Below are positions 48,035-58,478 of a stretch of 64,000 nucleotides of DNA, piece by piece. This stretch comes from Chthoniobacteraceae bacterium (lineage in GTDB: Bacteria > Verrucomicrobiota > Verrucomicrobiia > Chthoniobacterales > Chthoniobacteraceae): the NCBI GenBank assembly GCA_031409335.1, contig JANNWY010000170.1, forward strand, positions 1-64,000, in the 5' to 3' direction. The notes under the pieces are model-generated. The model ran no database searches. It was not told where the DNA came from and saw only the letters and a list, made by a program, of their open reading frames with translations. How positions within the stretch are numbered: position 1 is the stretch's first letter; the number at the start of each line of letters is the position of its first letter. The position numbers and the translations under genes were made by a program.

Positions 48035-48787
48035 TTAAACGGTCGCTTTTCCGCGCCGCCGGGTAGCAGAGCAGAATCCCATCAGCGCAAGCCCGAAGAG
48101 CGCCGTGGTCGGTTCTGGGACTGGTGGGGCCTGAACGACTGGGCCTGCGGTGATCGAAGCGATTTTGAAGCGATCTTCATCCGTCGAGGAACCTGCCCCG
48201 GTATTTGGCGGCTCGCCCACGTAGGTTCCGAAGAGAATGGTGTTGCCGGTCTTTCCGATTGCAACGGCCAACGAAGTCTCACTCGGGGTGCTCAACGCGT
48301 CGAAACGGCCTTGCGTAAATCCCAGAGCCGACAACTGCGCATACGACTTCCCGGTGAGATCAGTGCCGGGCGTCACATTCCCCACCCAGTAGCTCACATC
48401 CCGATCATAGATACCGAACGGGTCGATGTTTATGGACGAGATATCGACGGGATTGCTCCCAAAGTTGAACATTACAAAATTGTCCGGCCCGATGTTGTCC
48501 ACTTGGTGCGAGGGATCGCCAGCAGCCAATCCCTCCCCACGATCACTCACGCCAAGACCTGTGCTGTACTGGCCCAAGCCGGCGTTTTCAAAAAGGGTGC
48601 CGGCGGAACCGGTGTACCCCCAAGCGGACGCGGTGACCGTCAGCCCATTCTGACTGAAGGTGAGGGTGTTTCCAAAACTGGCGGGGTTCCCGGCGGACCC
48701 GGCCAGGTTTAGCGTGGTGAAAGCGGCATTTGCAGATGCGATTCCCGCGAAAATCACGACTGCGGAGGAGAGGAAATGGAGTTTCAT
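48035..48787 (-). CDS. PEP-CTERM surface protein
   Basis: Signal peptide, Gly/Ser/Thr-rich body, VPEP-TM-RRR tail. Confidence 0.9.
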   Translation of the reverse strand: MKLHFLSSAVVIFAGIASANAAFTTLNLAGSAGNPASFGNTLTFSQNGLTVTASAWGYTGSAGTLFENAGLGQYSTGLGVSDRGEGLAAGDPSHQVDNIGPDNFVMFNFGSNPVDISSINIDPFGIYDRDVSYWVGNVTPGTDLTGKSYAQLSALGFTQGRFDALSTPSETSLAVAIGKTGNTILFGTYVGEPPNTGAGSSTDEDRFKIASITAGPVVQAPPVPEPTTALFGLALMGFCSATRRRGKATV

Positions 48788-49087
48788 ATCAGAATGAGTG
48801 GAAAAATTGGAGCACTACTGGAACAATGTCTAATCAATTTAGAAATGGAACGCGATGGGAAATGCACCGTTTCTTTAGTCCGACTCTGTCCTACACGTTT
48901 CGGCGAACGATCCGGACCCGTCGAAAAACGGCAACGGTCGGCTGTGGCGTGATCCGATCGCCTTTTAGAATGAAACACTCCGTGCAATCGGCCCGCGCCC
49001 TTGCACGACGGCGTGATGGCGATAATATCCGCGTTTTCGATCGCGCCGCCGAGACGCGGCATCGAACGTGATGTCCGAAATGCAAAT

Positions 49088-50806
49088 ATGCAACTGACTG
49101 GTATAACCCCTGACGACCTGGCGATTGCCGCGCGACGGAGAAGGCGGATCTTCTGGATTGTCGTTTCGACGCTGCTTGTCGGGGCAGTTTGCGGTTCACT
49201 CGTTTATCATCCGTGGCGTTTGAGAAGCCTCCACCAGGCATCGCGGGCGGCGATGGAAAAAGGCGATTACAAAGGCGCGGCGTTCATGGCGCGGTGCGCG
49301 CTCGCGATCGATCCGAATTTTGTGCCAGCGTGCGTCACCATGGCGGAAGCCAGCGAGCATGATCGGGCTTCGTCCGCGGTCTTCTGGCGGGAGCAAGTGC
49401 TGCGTTTGGTGGGGGAATCCACTGATACGTTGATCGGTTTGGCATCGACTGCGTTGAGTTTCGGAAAGATTTCCACCGCACGGTCCGCGCTCCAGCGCAT
49501 CCCCGAGAAAGATCGCAGCCGCGAGGATTTTCTCGTCCTTTCCGGGGCGATGGCTCTGGAGGAAAGGGACTATGTCGGATCGACCCGCCACTATGAAGCC
49601 GCGCTCCGGCTCAACCCCGAAAAGGCAGAATACCGACTCGCTCTCGGGAGGGCAAAATGTGCGTCCGCAGATTTTCTCACGCGCGAAGAAGGGCGTCGGC
49701 TTTTGGAGAATCTCACGGGTCATGAAACGCATGGCTTGACGGCGCTCAGACTGCTCGCAGCGTCGTTTGAGGCGCATCAGGAATTTCAAGCGGCGCTGCG
49801 ATGTGCCGAGCTACTGATGGCGCTCCCGACGCACACCTACTCCGACGAGGTGCTCCGGCTCCGACTGCTGCACAAGACCGGGGCAACCCGTTTTGCGGCC
49901 GAGCTCGCCGAAGCTCAACAGTTGGCCAGGAGCATTCCGAATCACGCCGGCGCGCTCGTCCTCTGGATGAGCATGGATGGGCTGGCACAGGAAGGTCTCG
50001 ACTGGGTGCTGAAACGCGTGCCGAAACTGGGACAGTCTCCAGAGCTGCGACCCGCGATCGCCGGATGCCACCTCGCACTGAATGATTGGGCTGCGCTCCT
50101 CAATATCACGCAAATGGGCGAATGGCCGTCCGCGGACTACGTCCGCCATGCCTACCGGGCGCGCGCGCACCACGGGCGGTCGGAAATTTCGCTGGTCGGC
50201 AAGGAATGGGGGTTTGCGATCGATTCCGCCGGCCACCAGATCGACACGCTCACCTTGCTGGTCCAGATGGCCACCGAATGGAAGTGGGTGGACGAGGCCG
50301 AGCAGGCGCTCTGGGCGGTGCTATACGACGCGCCGGGATCGCGCTGGGCCATCGACGCCCTCCAGAAGTCTTACCTGGAAAAAAACAACACCTTGGGACT
50401 CCGCCGCATCGCCCTGCATTTGGTGAAAACGGATCCCGCCGACGAAAACGCGAAGAACGATCTCGCCTTGGTTTCGCTGCTTTTGAACATCGAAACAGAG
50501 CACGCCATGAAGACCGCGCGAGACCTGCACGAAAAGCGTCCCGACAACGCGGCGTTCAACTCCACGTATGCCTTCGCCCTGTACTTGACTGGCCGCACGG
50601 TGGATGCCTTGGAAGTGCTTGAAATGCTGCCGCCGCAGAATCTGGAAGTTCCCTCCATCGCCGCCTACTACGGAATCGTGCTCGCGGCGAACAACTCTCC
50701 CGAAAAAGCATCCCGCTTTCTGGAACTCGGCCGCCAAGCCAGCTTGTTGCGGGAGGAAAAAGACCTCGTCGCCAAAGCGGAAAGCTCGATCCTGGATCCA
50801 AAGTGA
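49088..50806 (+). CDS. Membrane-anchored TPR protein
   Basis: RRRRR plus TM helix, TPR-like helices (ALAIDP, ALRLNP, STYAFALY). Confidence 0.85.
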   Translation: MQLTGITPDDLAIAARRRRRIFWIVVSTLLVGAVCGSLVYHPWRLRSLHQASRAAMEKGDYKGAAFMARCALAIDPNFVPACVTMAEASEHDRASSAVFWREQVLRLVGESTDTLIGLASTALSFGKISTARSALQRIPEKDRSREDFLVLSGAMALEERDYVGSTRHYEAALRLNPEKAEYRLALGRAKCASADFLTREEGRRLLENLTGHETHGLTALRLLAASFEAHQEFQAALRCAELLMALPTHTYSDEVLRLRLLHKTGATRFAAELAEAQQLARSIPNHAGALVLWMSMDGLAQEGLDWVLKRVPKLGQSPELRPAIAGCHLALNDWAALLNITQMGEWPSADYVRHAYRARAHHGRSEISLVGKEWGFAIDSAGHQIDTLTLLVQMATEWKWVDEAEQALWAVLYDAPGSRWAIDALQKSYLEKNNTLGLRRIALHLVKTDPADENAKNDLALVSLLLNIETEHAMKTARDLHEKRPDNAAFNSTYAFALYLTGRTVDALEVLEMLPPQNLEVPSIAAYYGIVLAANNSPEKASRFLELGRQASLLREEKDLVAKAESSILDPK

Positions 50807-51025
50807 GTGAGGTTTTGCCACTGGCCAATCGCGGAAACGCAGGGCGCCGTTTAAGCGCGAGCGATTCCACGGATCGCTCGACTGCGGCAGCATAGTGCCT
50901 GCCTCGTCAGCAAGCGCGCGACTGGCTCCGGGGCGATGTCGCGGTTGCCGATGAGTGAGCACGTTTCTGGCTACAGAAAGACCTTCGCGATTCCTGATTC
51001 GAACCTGTTCCCGCTTCATTCCCAT

Positions 51026-52264
51026 ATGCTTGATTTTTCAACCACCGCCCCCGCAAACCCGAGCGTCACCCTGGACTCAGTTTTTCCCACCGTGGATGCG
51101 GTCGCGCGCCGACCGCTCCTCCTTTTCGGGGACGATCTCGGCTGGCTCGCTGGCCGGAGTGAACTGGCCGGACGCAAGATCGTTTTCGCCCCTCCCGACG
51201 CCGATGTCCGGGCCGCGCTGGCAACCGAACCGGTCGATGGTGTGGTGGCGAGTTTTTCAGACGTCGGCAAAAGCGTGGCACTCCTGCGCGCCGTGCGGGC
51301 GCGGGACCCCGGATTGATGGCGATGCTGCGCGGCGATGGCAAGGAACTGGCCGGCATTTCGTGCCCCTATCCGCTGCTGCCGCGGGTCGATTCGGTGGAG
51401 GTTTTGGACGACCAAATCCGCACCCAACTCGCGGTCGCCGCGTGGCAGGCCAAACCGGCCCTCGCGAATCTGCTCAAGCTGATCACCCACGTTCCCACGC
51501 TGCCGACGATTTACACGCAGCTCACGGCCGCACTGCAAAGTCCCGCCAGCTCCATCGAGGACATCGCGGGAATCGTCGCAAGGGAACCCGCCGTGAGCGC
51601 GAAACTTTTGCAGATGGTCAATTCACCCCTCTTCTCGCTGCGCGGAAGTGTGACCTCGGTCCGCGACGCCACCAACCTCCTCGGCCTGAGCCGGGTGCGA
51701 TCGCTGGTGATGGCGACGTGCCTTTTCCGGCAGTTCGATGTTTCAAAATGCCGCAGTTTTTCGATGAGCCGGTTCGAGGCCACGAGCCTCCAAGTCGCGA
51801 CGTGGGCTTCCACGATCGCGATGAGCGAAACCCGCGACAAACATCTGGCCGAGATGGCCTTCACCGCCGGCATGCTGCACAACTTTGGCGTGCTCCTGCT
51901 CGCGGCGAATATCCCGGGTGTTTACGAGGAGGTGCTGAGCACGGCGCTCAAGCGGCACGGCAGCCTGGCCTACAGCGAATTTCAGACGTTTGGCACGACC
52001 CACGCCGCGCTCGGGGGCGGCTTCCTCGCCTCGTGGCGCATCCCTTTCCCGATTGTGAATGCGGTCGGCTGGTATCCCTTTCCGTCGTCCTCGGAAGACA
52101 CCGCCTTCTCCCCGCTCACAGCGGTCCATGCGGCGAGCGCGGTGGATTCCTTCGCGCAGACCGGCATGTACGCATACGACCACGATTACATCGAAAAACT
52201 GGGCCTCACCGAGAAGATGGAGGAGTGGTGCGCAACCCTGCCGGGGGAGACATTGGCGGCGTAG
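51026..52264 (+). CDS. HDOD domain signalling protein
   Basis: PTLPTIY, AKLLQMVNSPLF, LLGL, AGMLHNFG, THAALGG...W..P. Start uncertain. Confidence 0.88.
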   Translation: MLDFSTTAPANPSVTLDSVFPTVDAVARRPLLLFGDDLGWLAGRSELAGRKIVFAPPDADVRAALATEPVDGVVASFSDVGKSVALLRAVRARDPGLMAMLRGDGKELAGISCPYPLLPRVDSVEVLDDQIRTQLAVAAWQAKPALANLLKLITHVPTLPTIYTQLTAALQSPASSIEDIAGIVAREPAVSAKLLQMVNSPLFSLRGSVTSVRDATNLLGLSRVRSLVMATCLFRQFDVSKCRSFSMSRFEATSLQVATWASTIAMSETRDKHLAEMAFTAGMLHNFGVLLLAANIPGVYEEVLSTALKRHGSLAYSEFQTFGTTHAALGGGFLASWRIPFPIVNAVGWYPFPSSSEDTAFSPLTAVHAASAVDSFAQTGMYAYDHDYIEKLGLTEKMEEWCATLPGETLAA

Positions 52265-52617
52265 GTCGTTCTGGAACGCCGACGAGCGTTTCCCCATTCG
52301 ACTGCCCGCGTCAGGCCGGAGGCATCAAGCGCGATCACGCCGTGCCCCATTTCGCGGAGCGCAGTTTGCAAATCGTCGATTTCTTCGCGCTGCCCGGCGA
52401 GTTCCTCGGCAGATACGCGTCCGTAAAACTCCCGGGAAAGATCCAACCGGTGAAACTCGTTCGCGGGAAGAAAATCGGAGATCTTCGCGGCGCCCTCCCG
52501 TCTCCTTCCACGCCGCGCCAGCGCAAGCCGTAGCACACCCAGAAAACCGCCCTTGCTCATGCCATCCAAGCATCCATCAAAGCCCCAGCCTCCGGTGTCA
52601 TTTTCCCGGGAGGCAAC

Positions 52618-52716
52618 GCGTCCCGGTTTCTGGAGATCGGGCGTCAAGCCAACTTGTCGCGCGAAGAAAGAAACCTCGTCGCCAAAGCCGAAAGCGCGAT
52701 TTTGAAATCCAAGTGA
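52618..52716 (+). pseudogene. Orphan diverged copy of the last 33 codons of the TPR gene
   Basis: ASRFLEIGRQANLSREERNLVAKAESAILKSK* versus ASRFLELGRQASLLREEKDLVAKAESSILDPK* (50708-50806), 79/99 nt by manual count. Confidence 0.85.
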
Positions 52717-52773
52717 GTCGAGCCGGGTGATCACCACGTTTGCGGTCGGCCGCAGCGCGGCGGCGTTGACGCC

Positions 52774-53199
52774 CTAAAACTGATCGAGCAAATAGCGGAT
52801 CAAGTCCGTGCTCGTTACGATTCCGAGGAGCGTTTTGCCGTCGGTGTCCACGATCGGGACGGAGTGAAAATCGCCTTTCGACAACACCTCCGCGGCATCG
52901 CGGATGGACGCGGTTTTCGTCAGAGTCCTGGGCGCGGCATGCATGATTTGCTCGAGCTTCATCGTGTGATCGAGCGTCGCATCCGCCGCGCGCTGATCCG
53001 TCCCAAACGCGTCCCCGATGCTCACGCGCAAGATGTCGGAAAGGCTGATGATGCCGATGATTTCGCGACCGCTGACGACCGGAACGTGATGGATTCCCTC
53101 GTCTTGCATGAGCTTGCGCGCTTTGGAAATCGGATCGCCATGATGCACCGTGACGAGTTCAGTGATCATGATTTTGGAGACAGGTTCATTGCGTTTCAT
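52774..53199 (-). CDS. CBS domain pair protein
   Basis: VSKIM, IHHVPVV..IIGIIS..D, IM, SVPIV..LLGIVTSTDL. Confidence 0.9.
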   Translation of the reverse strand: MKRNEPVSKIMITELVTVHHGDPISKARKLMQDEGIHHVPVVSGREIIGIISLSDILRVSIGDAFGTDQRAADATLDHTMKLEQIMHAAPRTLTKTASIRDAAEVLSKGDFHSVPIVDTDGKTLLGIVTSTDLIRYLLDQF

Positions 53200-53297
53200 G
53201 CCCGCAAGTTAAGCGGCCCCGCCGCGCCGCGCTCTCCAGCGGTTGTGAAACGCAGGGCGGATGTTGTGATATGCACCGTTTCCGTGGGAAATGCCGC

Positions 53298-53912
53298 TCA
53301 GTTTTTCGGCAGCAGTTTTTTCAATGCCGTCACCGCTTCCGTCCGGTCCACACCGAGACCGGCTTGTTGAAAGAGGACGTCGCCCTTGCCATTGAGCACG
53401 GTGATGAGGAGCGAATGCGCGAATTGCGTCTCCGAGCCGGGGACGTAGTTGAAACCGATGTGCGCGGCGAGTTCGCGCACGCCATCCGCATCGCCGCGCA
53501 GGAGTGTCCAGCGATCTGGGGCGAGCGAGTGTTTCGCGCGAAAGGCTTTCAGCGCCTCCAGCGAATCGCGCGCGGGATCGATGCTCGCGAGGAGGAACGT
53601 CACCTTGTCGCGCGATTTCCGCGGCAGCTTCGCTTCGATCTGTTTCATGTCCGCGACGATGATCGGGCACGAGTGCGCGCAGTTTGTGAAGAAGAGCGCG
53701 AGCACGACCGGGCGCTGGTGCAGCGCGCTGAGTTTCAGCGTTCGCCCGGTGTCGGAACGCCAGGTCGATTCCAGCCGGTAGATCGACTTTTCCGAATACT
53801 TGCCCGCAGGCAGGCCGACTTCGCAGGTGGTCTTTTGCGGCGGCGCTTCCGCCACGGCAAAGCCACGGACGGTGAGGGCGAGCAATGCGAGCAGTTTGAC
53901 GAGCGGATTCAT
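53298..53912 (-). CDS. SCO family copper chaperone
   Basis: FFTNCAHSCP (CxxxC), SIDPARD, conserved His in FAHS. Confidence 0.9.
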   Translation of the reverse strand: MNPLVKLLALLALTVRGFAVAEAPPQKTTCEVGLPAGKYSEKSIYRLESTWRSDTGRTLKLSALHQRPVVLALFFTNCAHSCPIIVADMKQIEAKLPRKSRDKVTFLLASIDPARDSLEALKAFRAKHSLAPDRWTLLRGDADGVRELAAHIGFNYVPGSETQFAHSLLITVLNGKGDVLFQQAGLGVDRTEAVTALKKLLPKN

Positions 53913-54010
53913 GATTGCTGAATACAGCGTCCCGACGCCGACGCTGCCCGCGCGTTGGCAAAGCGTGCGCCTTCCTTGTCGTGCCGGATGATTGCCGATT
54001 CACCTTCGCT

Positions 54011-54145
54011 CGTTGCGTTCGCCCGGCATTTGCGGAAAGGTCCGCGCCTTCCAATGCTCGCCGAGATCCAGCGCCGCCGCACGTTTGCCATCATTTCGCA
54101 TCCCGATGCGGGGAAGACCACGCTCACCGAAAAGCTCCTGCTTTA
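54011..54145 (+). repeat. 135-bp direct repeat, left copy (prfC upstream region plus 5' codons)
   Basis: Matches 56802-56936 with two mismatches by manual comparison. Confidence 0.97.
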
Positions 54146-54146
54146 A
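54054..54146 (+). pseudogene. prfC: Truncated prfC 5' copy (30 codons)
   Basis: [30 protein letters not shown], with the Tyr codon TAC replaced by TAA at the junction. Confidence 0.92.
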
Positions 54147-56602
54147 GCATGCTCGCGGTGGATGCGCCGGAGGCGGAAAAGGCCGAGGGTAGCGAGCCCG
54201 AGGATCGGGAGCGATGCTGGCTCGGGGACGGAGGTGAAGGTGACGTTGACGGATCGCGTCGCGCCTGTCGTGACAGTGAAGGTGCCGCTCCAGCCGGCGG
54301 CTGCCGCGGCGGGCGCGATTCCGAAGTTGGAGACAACGAGGTTGGTAGAAGATGGAACTTCCAATACTCGATAACTGATGCTGGTCGCGGTGCCGCCCAG
54401 ATCATGGAAATCGAAGAGAATGGGGGCGTTGCCTGAAACAAAACCGCTCGCCGGGTCGGTCACGGTCCACATGTCGCGAGCGGTGGAGCCGAGATCGTAA
54501 CGGACCGTGAGCGCGGAGCCTGCAAAAAGCGAAAACGAATTCACGGCGAGCGCGGCAGCTACCGAACCCCCGATGTCCAAAGTATCGGCGCTTTGCAGTG
54601 AGAGACTGGACAGTGTGCCATCGATGAGCAGGGAGCCACCCATGAGATTCGCCTGTCCCGAGGTGGCGTTAGGAAGGGCGAGCGTCCCTTCGGAGACGAA
54701 CACCGGGCCTTTCGCCGGATTGAGCAACGTGAGGGTGCCGGCTCCAGTCTTATCAATGCCGCTGAGATTCGCGCCGGAGAGGGCCACATCGAAGCCGCCA
54801 GTATCGATCTGGCCGATGAGTTCGGTGCCACGGGTGAGGTTCTTGGCGGAACTGAAGGATTGCGCGGCTTTCAGCGTGCCACCGTTGAACTCAATGGCGG
54901 AGCCATTGCCGAGATTGGCATCGGAAGAGACGATGAGAGTGCCTTGATTGATCGCCGTGACGCCGGTGTACGTATTCACGCCGCTGAGCGTCAACGCTCC
55001 GGCGCCGCTCTTGATGAGCGCGCTGCTTCCGACCGCCTCGCCGATGCTGGAGGCGATGGTGAGATCGTTGCGAGTGGTGACGATCAACTCCGCGCCGCCG
55101 GCACGAAGCACGCCATTTTCGATCCGGCCCGCGGCGTTGCCGCTCGAAAGCACGCCGCCTTCACTCAGGGTGAGCATATTGGGGGCGCCGAGATCGATGG
55201 CCGCGACCGCAGCGTCGTTATTTTGAAAATTGAGCGTAGCGCGCGTGGCCGTGGCGGCGAGTGCGGTGCTGCCACCGACGATCTTCACATGAGCGGTGGG
55301 AGCGGCGGTATTCAGATCGCTCGCATACACGGCCAGCGGGCTGGCAAATCCATCCGCGCCAGTCACGGCCCAATCCGTGCCCACGGTAACGTGACTACCT
55401 ACAATGCCCGTGACGCCGTTCGCCAGGCCCGTCCACCCAATGCGACCGTTCCCGATGAGATCGAGCGTGCCGTGGTTCTGTCGCACGGCGCCGGCGAAGG
55501 TTAGCGAGGCAAGCGCGCCCGGCTGATTGGTACTAATGACGGTAGCTCCCGAGAACTGCAAAGGGCCTGCCTGCTCCGCGATGGCTGTCGTGCTATGCCC
55601 GATGAACTCGAACCGTCCACCCTTGATTGTTACGTCCAGCGAATCGGAAAGACGGTTGCTGTTTGCGACCGCGGTACTATCCAGCCGAAGCGTGCCATAG
55701 GTGGATACAAACATGGCGGAATTAAGCGCTGAGCCGTTGCCGGAGAACTCGACGCTCCCGAGCGCGATGGTGGTCGGGCCGGAGTAGGTGTTGGCATTCG
55801 TCAGAATCTGCGTGCCCAGGTTAGTGGGCCGCGCCCGAATCAGGACGTCTGTTCCGGAGGTAATGCGCGTAAAATCATTTCCGGTGAGAAGATCGAACGC
55901 CAGTTTTCCGGCGCCGTTATCCTGAATGACGCCTCCGAAGGTGCCCGACTCACGAATCGTCGCCTCTACGGTGCGGGCCTGTCCATCCGGTCGGAGAATG
56001 CCACCGGAGGAACCGCCGCCCGAGAGCGATTGCAGGAAAACGTCATCCCGAATTCGTCCCAGTGTTAGCATCACTCCCGGAGCATCGGCGAGTGTAGTCC
56101 GCGGTATGGGTGTGCCTGTCGCCCCTCCAGCCACATACTCGCCCGCGTTGACGCGGAGGTTTAAGATTGAGACAACGCCGCTCACCGTGAGGGCCGCGGT
56201 GCCCTCTTTCACCAGCGTCGCGTTGGCTCCTGCAAGGGGCGAACTGATCGTGGCGGCTTGATTGGCAGTGACGGTCAGGGTAGTGCCTGGCGTCCTCACT
56301 GTGCCGCTCCGAATTGTGTAACCGGGGACATCGAATGTCAGTCCCGTCGCTATGACGCCGTCAAAACGAACGTTTACGAATCCGCCCGTGCCAGAAAAGA
56401 ACGCCACGCCATTATTCCACGGCACGTTATTGGTGCCATTCCACCAATTGGCAGTGAAGGCATTCCATTCGCCAGAACCGCCCGCGCCGCCCGGCCCCCA
56501 AATTAACTGCGCGGAAACTGGCTCCGCAACCGCACCAGCGAAGGCGAAAAACAATGCGAGGCGGGTGCCGCGATGATGGAAAGTGCGCGCTGCGATTTTC
56601 AT
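54143..56602 (-). CDS. PEP-CTERM protein with autotransporter-associated beta-strand repeats
   Basis: Signal peptide, [48 protein letters not shown] repeats, VPEP-TM-RLRR tail. Confidence 0.9.
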   Translation of the reverse strand: MKIAARTFHHRGTRLALFFAFAGAVAEPVSAQLIWGPGGAGGSGEWNAFTANWWNGTNNVPWNNGVAFFSGTGGFVNVRFDGVIATGLTFDVPGYTIRSGTVRTPGTTLTVTANQAATISSPLAGANATLVKEGTAALTVSGVVSILNLRVNAGEYVAGGATGTPIPRTTLADAPGVMLTLGRIRDDVFLQSLSGGGSSGGILRPDGQARTVEATIRESGTFGGVIQDNGAGKLAFDLLTGNDFTRITSGTDVLIRARPTNLGTQILTNANTYSGPTTIALGSVEFSGNGSALNSAMFVSTYGTLRLDSTAVANSNRLSDSLDVTIKGGRFEFIGHSTTAIAEQAGPLQFSGATVISTNQPGALASLTFAGAVRQNHGTLDLIGNGRIGWTGLANGVTGIVGSHVTVGTDWAVTGADGFASPLAVYASDLNTAAPTAHVKIVGGSTALAATATRATLNFQNNDAAVAAIDLGAPNMLTLSEGGVLSSGNAAGRIENGVLRAGGAELIVTTRNDLTIASSIGEAVGSSALIKSGAGALTLSGVNTYTGVTAINQGTLIVSSDANLGNGSAIEFNGGTLKAAQSFSSAKNLTRGTELIGQIDTGGFDVALSGANLSGIDKTGAGTLTLLNPAKGPVFVSEGTLALPNATSGQANLMGGSLLIDGTLSSLSLQSADTLDIGGSVAAALAVNSFSLFAGSALTVRYDLGSTARDMWTVTDPASGFVSGNAPILFDFHDLGGTATSISYRVLEVPSSTNLVVSNFGIAPAAAAAGWSGTFTVTTGATRSVNVTFTSVPEPASLPILGLATLGLFRLRRIHREHA

Positions 56603-56801
56603 GGGAGGAACAAAAGCGGGTGGAAGATGGAGTTTGTGAATAGCGATCATCGTAATTGAGCTTATGGGGTCGGTCAAAAGGTCGATCGCGTGCGTCTGCG
56701 CATTCTCGTCCGCATTCTCGATGAAGCCGCCCGTAGTGGCCAATCGGGAAGCGGCGCGTTCCACCTCGTGTGCTCGCGTCCGTCGCGCGCCGGGTTTCCC
56801 C

Positions 56802-56936
56802 CGTTGCGTTCGCCCGGCATTTGCGGAAAGGTCCGCGCCTGCCAATGCTCGCCGAGATCCAGCGCCGCCGCACGTTTGCCATCATTTCGCATCCCGATGC
56901 GGGGAAAACCACGCTCACCGAAAAGCTCCTGCTTTA
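56802..56936 (+). repeat. 135-bp direct repeat, right copy (start of intact prfC)
   Basis: Matches 54011-54145. Confidence 0.97.
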
Positions 56937-58404
56937 CGGTGGCGCGGTGCAGCTCGCGGGCACGGTAACGGCGCGGAAAAATGCGCGCGCGACGACTTCG
57001 GACTGGATGGAACTGGAGCGCAAACGCGGTATTTCGATCTCGAGCACGGTGCTGCAATTCGACTACGACGGCTACCGCGTGAACCTGCTGGATACGCCGG
57101 GTCACAAGGATTTTTCCGAAGACACGTATCGCGTGCTGACGGCGGTGGATGCAGTCGTGATGGTGATCGACGCGGGCAAAGGCATCGAGGCGCAGACGCG
57201 CAAACTTTTCGAGGTCTGCCGCCGCCGGGGCGTGCCGATTTTCACGTTCATGAACAAGTGCGACCGACCCACGCGCGATCCGCTCTCGCTGCTCGATGAA
57301 CTCGAAAGTGTGCTCGGCATCGGCGCATTCGCGGTGAACTGGCCGCTCGGCAACGGCCCCACTTTTCGCGGCCTCTACGATCGCCAGACGAAGGACGTGC
57401 ATCTCTTCGAGCGTACCGTCCACGGCGCTTACCGCGCGCCCGAGCAGGTGGCCGATCTCAGCGATCCGCTGGTGAAGGACAAGTTGGATGCCGACGACTA
57501 CGCGCGCGCCGTCGAGGAGCTGGAGATGCTCGAAATCGCGGGCGTGGATTACGATGGGGCGGCGGTCCATGCGGGAACGCAGACGCCCGTCTTTTTCGGC
57601 AGCGCCGCGAACAATTTCGGCGTGCAGCTTCTCCTCGACGCCTTCCTGCAACGCAGCCTGCCGCCGCAAACGCGCGCGAATGTGCCGCTCGACGGTCCGT
57701 TCAGCGGCTTCGTTTTCAAAATCCAGGCGAACATGGACCCGCGCCATCGCGACCGCATCGCGTTCCTGCGCATCTGCTCGGGCCACTTCGAGCGCGACAT
57801 GAATGTGATCCACGCGCGCACCGGAAAAAAAGTCCGCCTCGCCAGCGCGCACAAACTTTTCGGGCAGGATCGCGAGACGATCGACGATGCGTTCGCGGGT
57901 GATGTCATCGGCCTCGTCGGGCATTCCGAATTCGGAATAGGAGACACGCTCACCGTTGATCCTGGCATCCAGTTCAGCGAAATCCCGCGCTTTCCGCCGG
58001 AGTGTTTCGCGTATCTGCACAACCCGAATCCCGGCAAGTTCAAACAGTTCCGCCAGGGCCTCGAACAGCTCCTGCAGGAAGGCGTCGTGCAGGTCTTCGA
58101 GCTGCGCGATTCCGTGCAAAAAATCCCGCTCCTCGCCGCCGTCGGCCCGCTGCAATTCGAGGTCGTGCAATACCGTCTCGAAAGCGAATACGGCGCGCCG
58201 AGCACGCTCGAAGTCGCCAGTTGGCAATCCTTCCGCTGGCTTGCCGCTGGCACCGATACGACCGCGCTAAAACTCCCCACCGGCTGCCGCCTCGCCTACG
58301 ATTCCACCGGCCAGCCCGGCATCCTTTTCCCAAACGCGTGGACACAGAAATATTTCGCCGAGCAAAATCCGGGAGCGGTTTTGCAGGAACTGCCGACGGC
58401 GTAA
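56845..58404 (+). CDS. prfC: Peptide chain release factor 3
   Basis: [56 protein letters not shown]. Confidence 0.98.
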   Translation: MLAEIQRRRTFAIISHPDAGKTTLTEKLLLYGGAVQLAGTVTARKNARATTSDWMELERKRGISISSTVLQFDYDGYRVNLLDTPGHKDFSEDTYRVLTAVDAVVMVIDAGKGIEAQTRKLFEVCRRRGVPIFTFMNKCDRPTRDPLSLLDELESVLGIGAFAVNWPLGNGPTFRGLYDRQTKDVHLFERTVHGAYRAPEQVADLSDPLVKDKLDADDYARAVEELEMLEIAGVDYDGAAVHAGTQTPVFFGSAANNFGVQLLLDAFLQRSLPPQTRANVPLDGPFSGFVFKIQANMDPRHRDRIAFLRICSGHFERDMNVIHARTGKKVRLASAHKLFGQDRETIDDAFAGDVIGLVGHSEFGIGDTLTVDPGIQFSEIPRFPPECFAYLHNPNPGKFKQFRQGLEQLLQEGVVQVFELRDSVQKIPLLAAVGPLQFEVVQYRLESEYGAPSTLEVASWQSFRWLAAGTDTTALKLPTGCRLAYDSTGQPGILFPNAWTQKYFAEQNPGAVLQELPTA

Positions 58405-58478
58405 CGGTCGGTGGCGGGAGGTTTTTAGAATGCCCAACTTGCGGCATTGGGGAGCCGTTCTAAGTTGGCTGGCTTTTT

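Larger units (their letters stand above)
54011..56936. mobile_element. Putative integrated single-gene cassette at the prfC 5' end (no integrase)
   Basis: 2791-bp repeat-to-repeat unit holding one PEP-CTERM gene between direct repeats. Confidence 0.6.

Noticed and set aside
50820..50952. c-di-GMP-I riboswitch-like pieces upstream of the HDOD gene (GAAA-looped stem, GGTTGCCGA)
   Set aside because: The conserved GCAAAGC junction is missing and spacing is too long. An Rfam RF01051 search would settle it.
52186..52560. Minus-strand ORF between the HDOD gene and the TPR remnant
   Set aside because: It overlaps the HDOD 3' end and has no recognisable motif, though a gene remnant cannot be excluded.
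54011..56936. Full SXT/R391-type ICE at prfC
   Set aside because: Only 2.8 kb, with no integrase, relaxase or conjugation genes. Only the target gene is shared.
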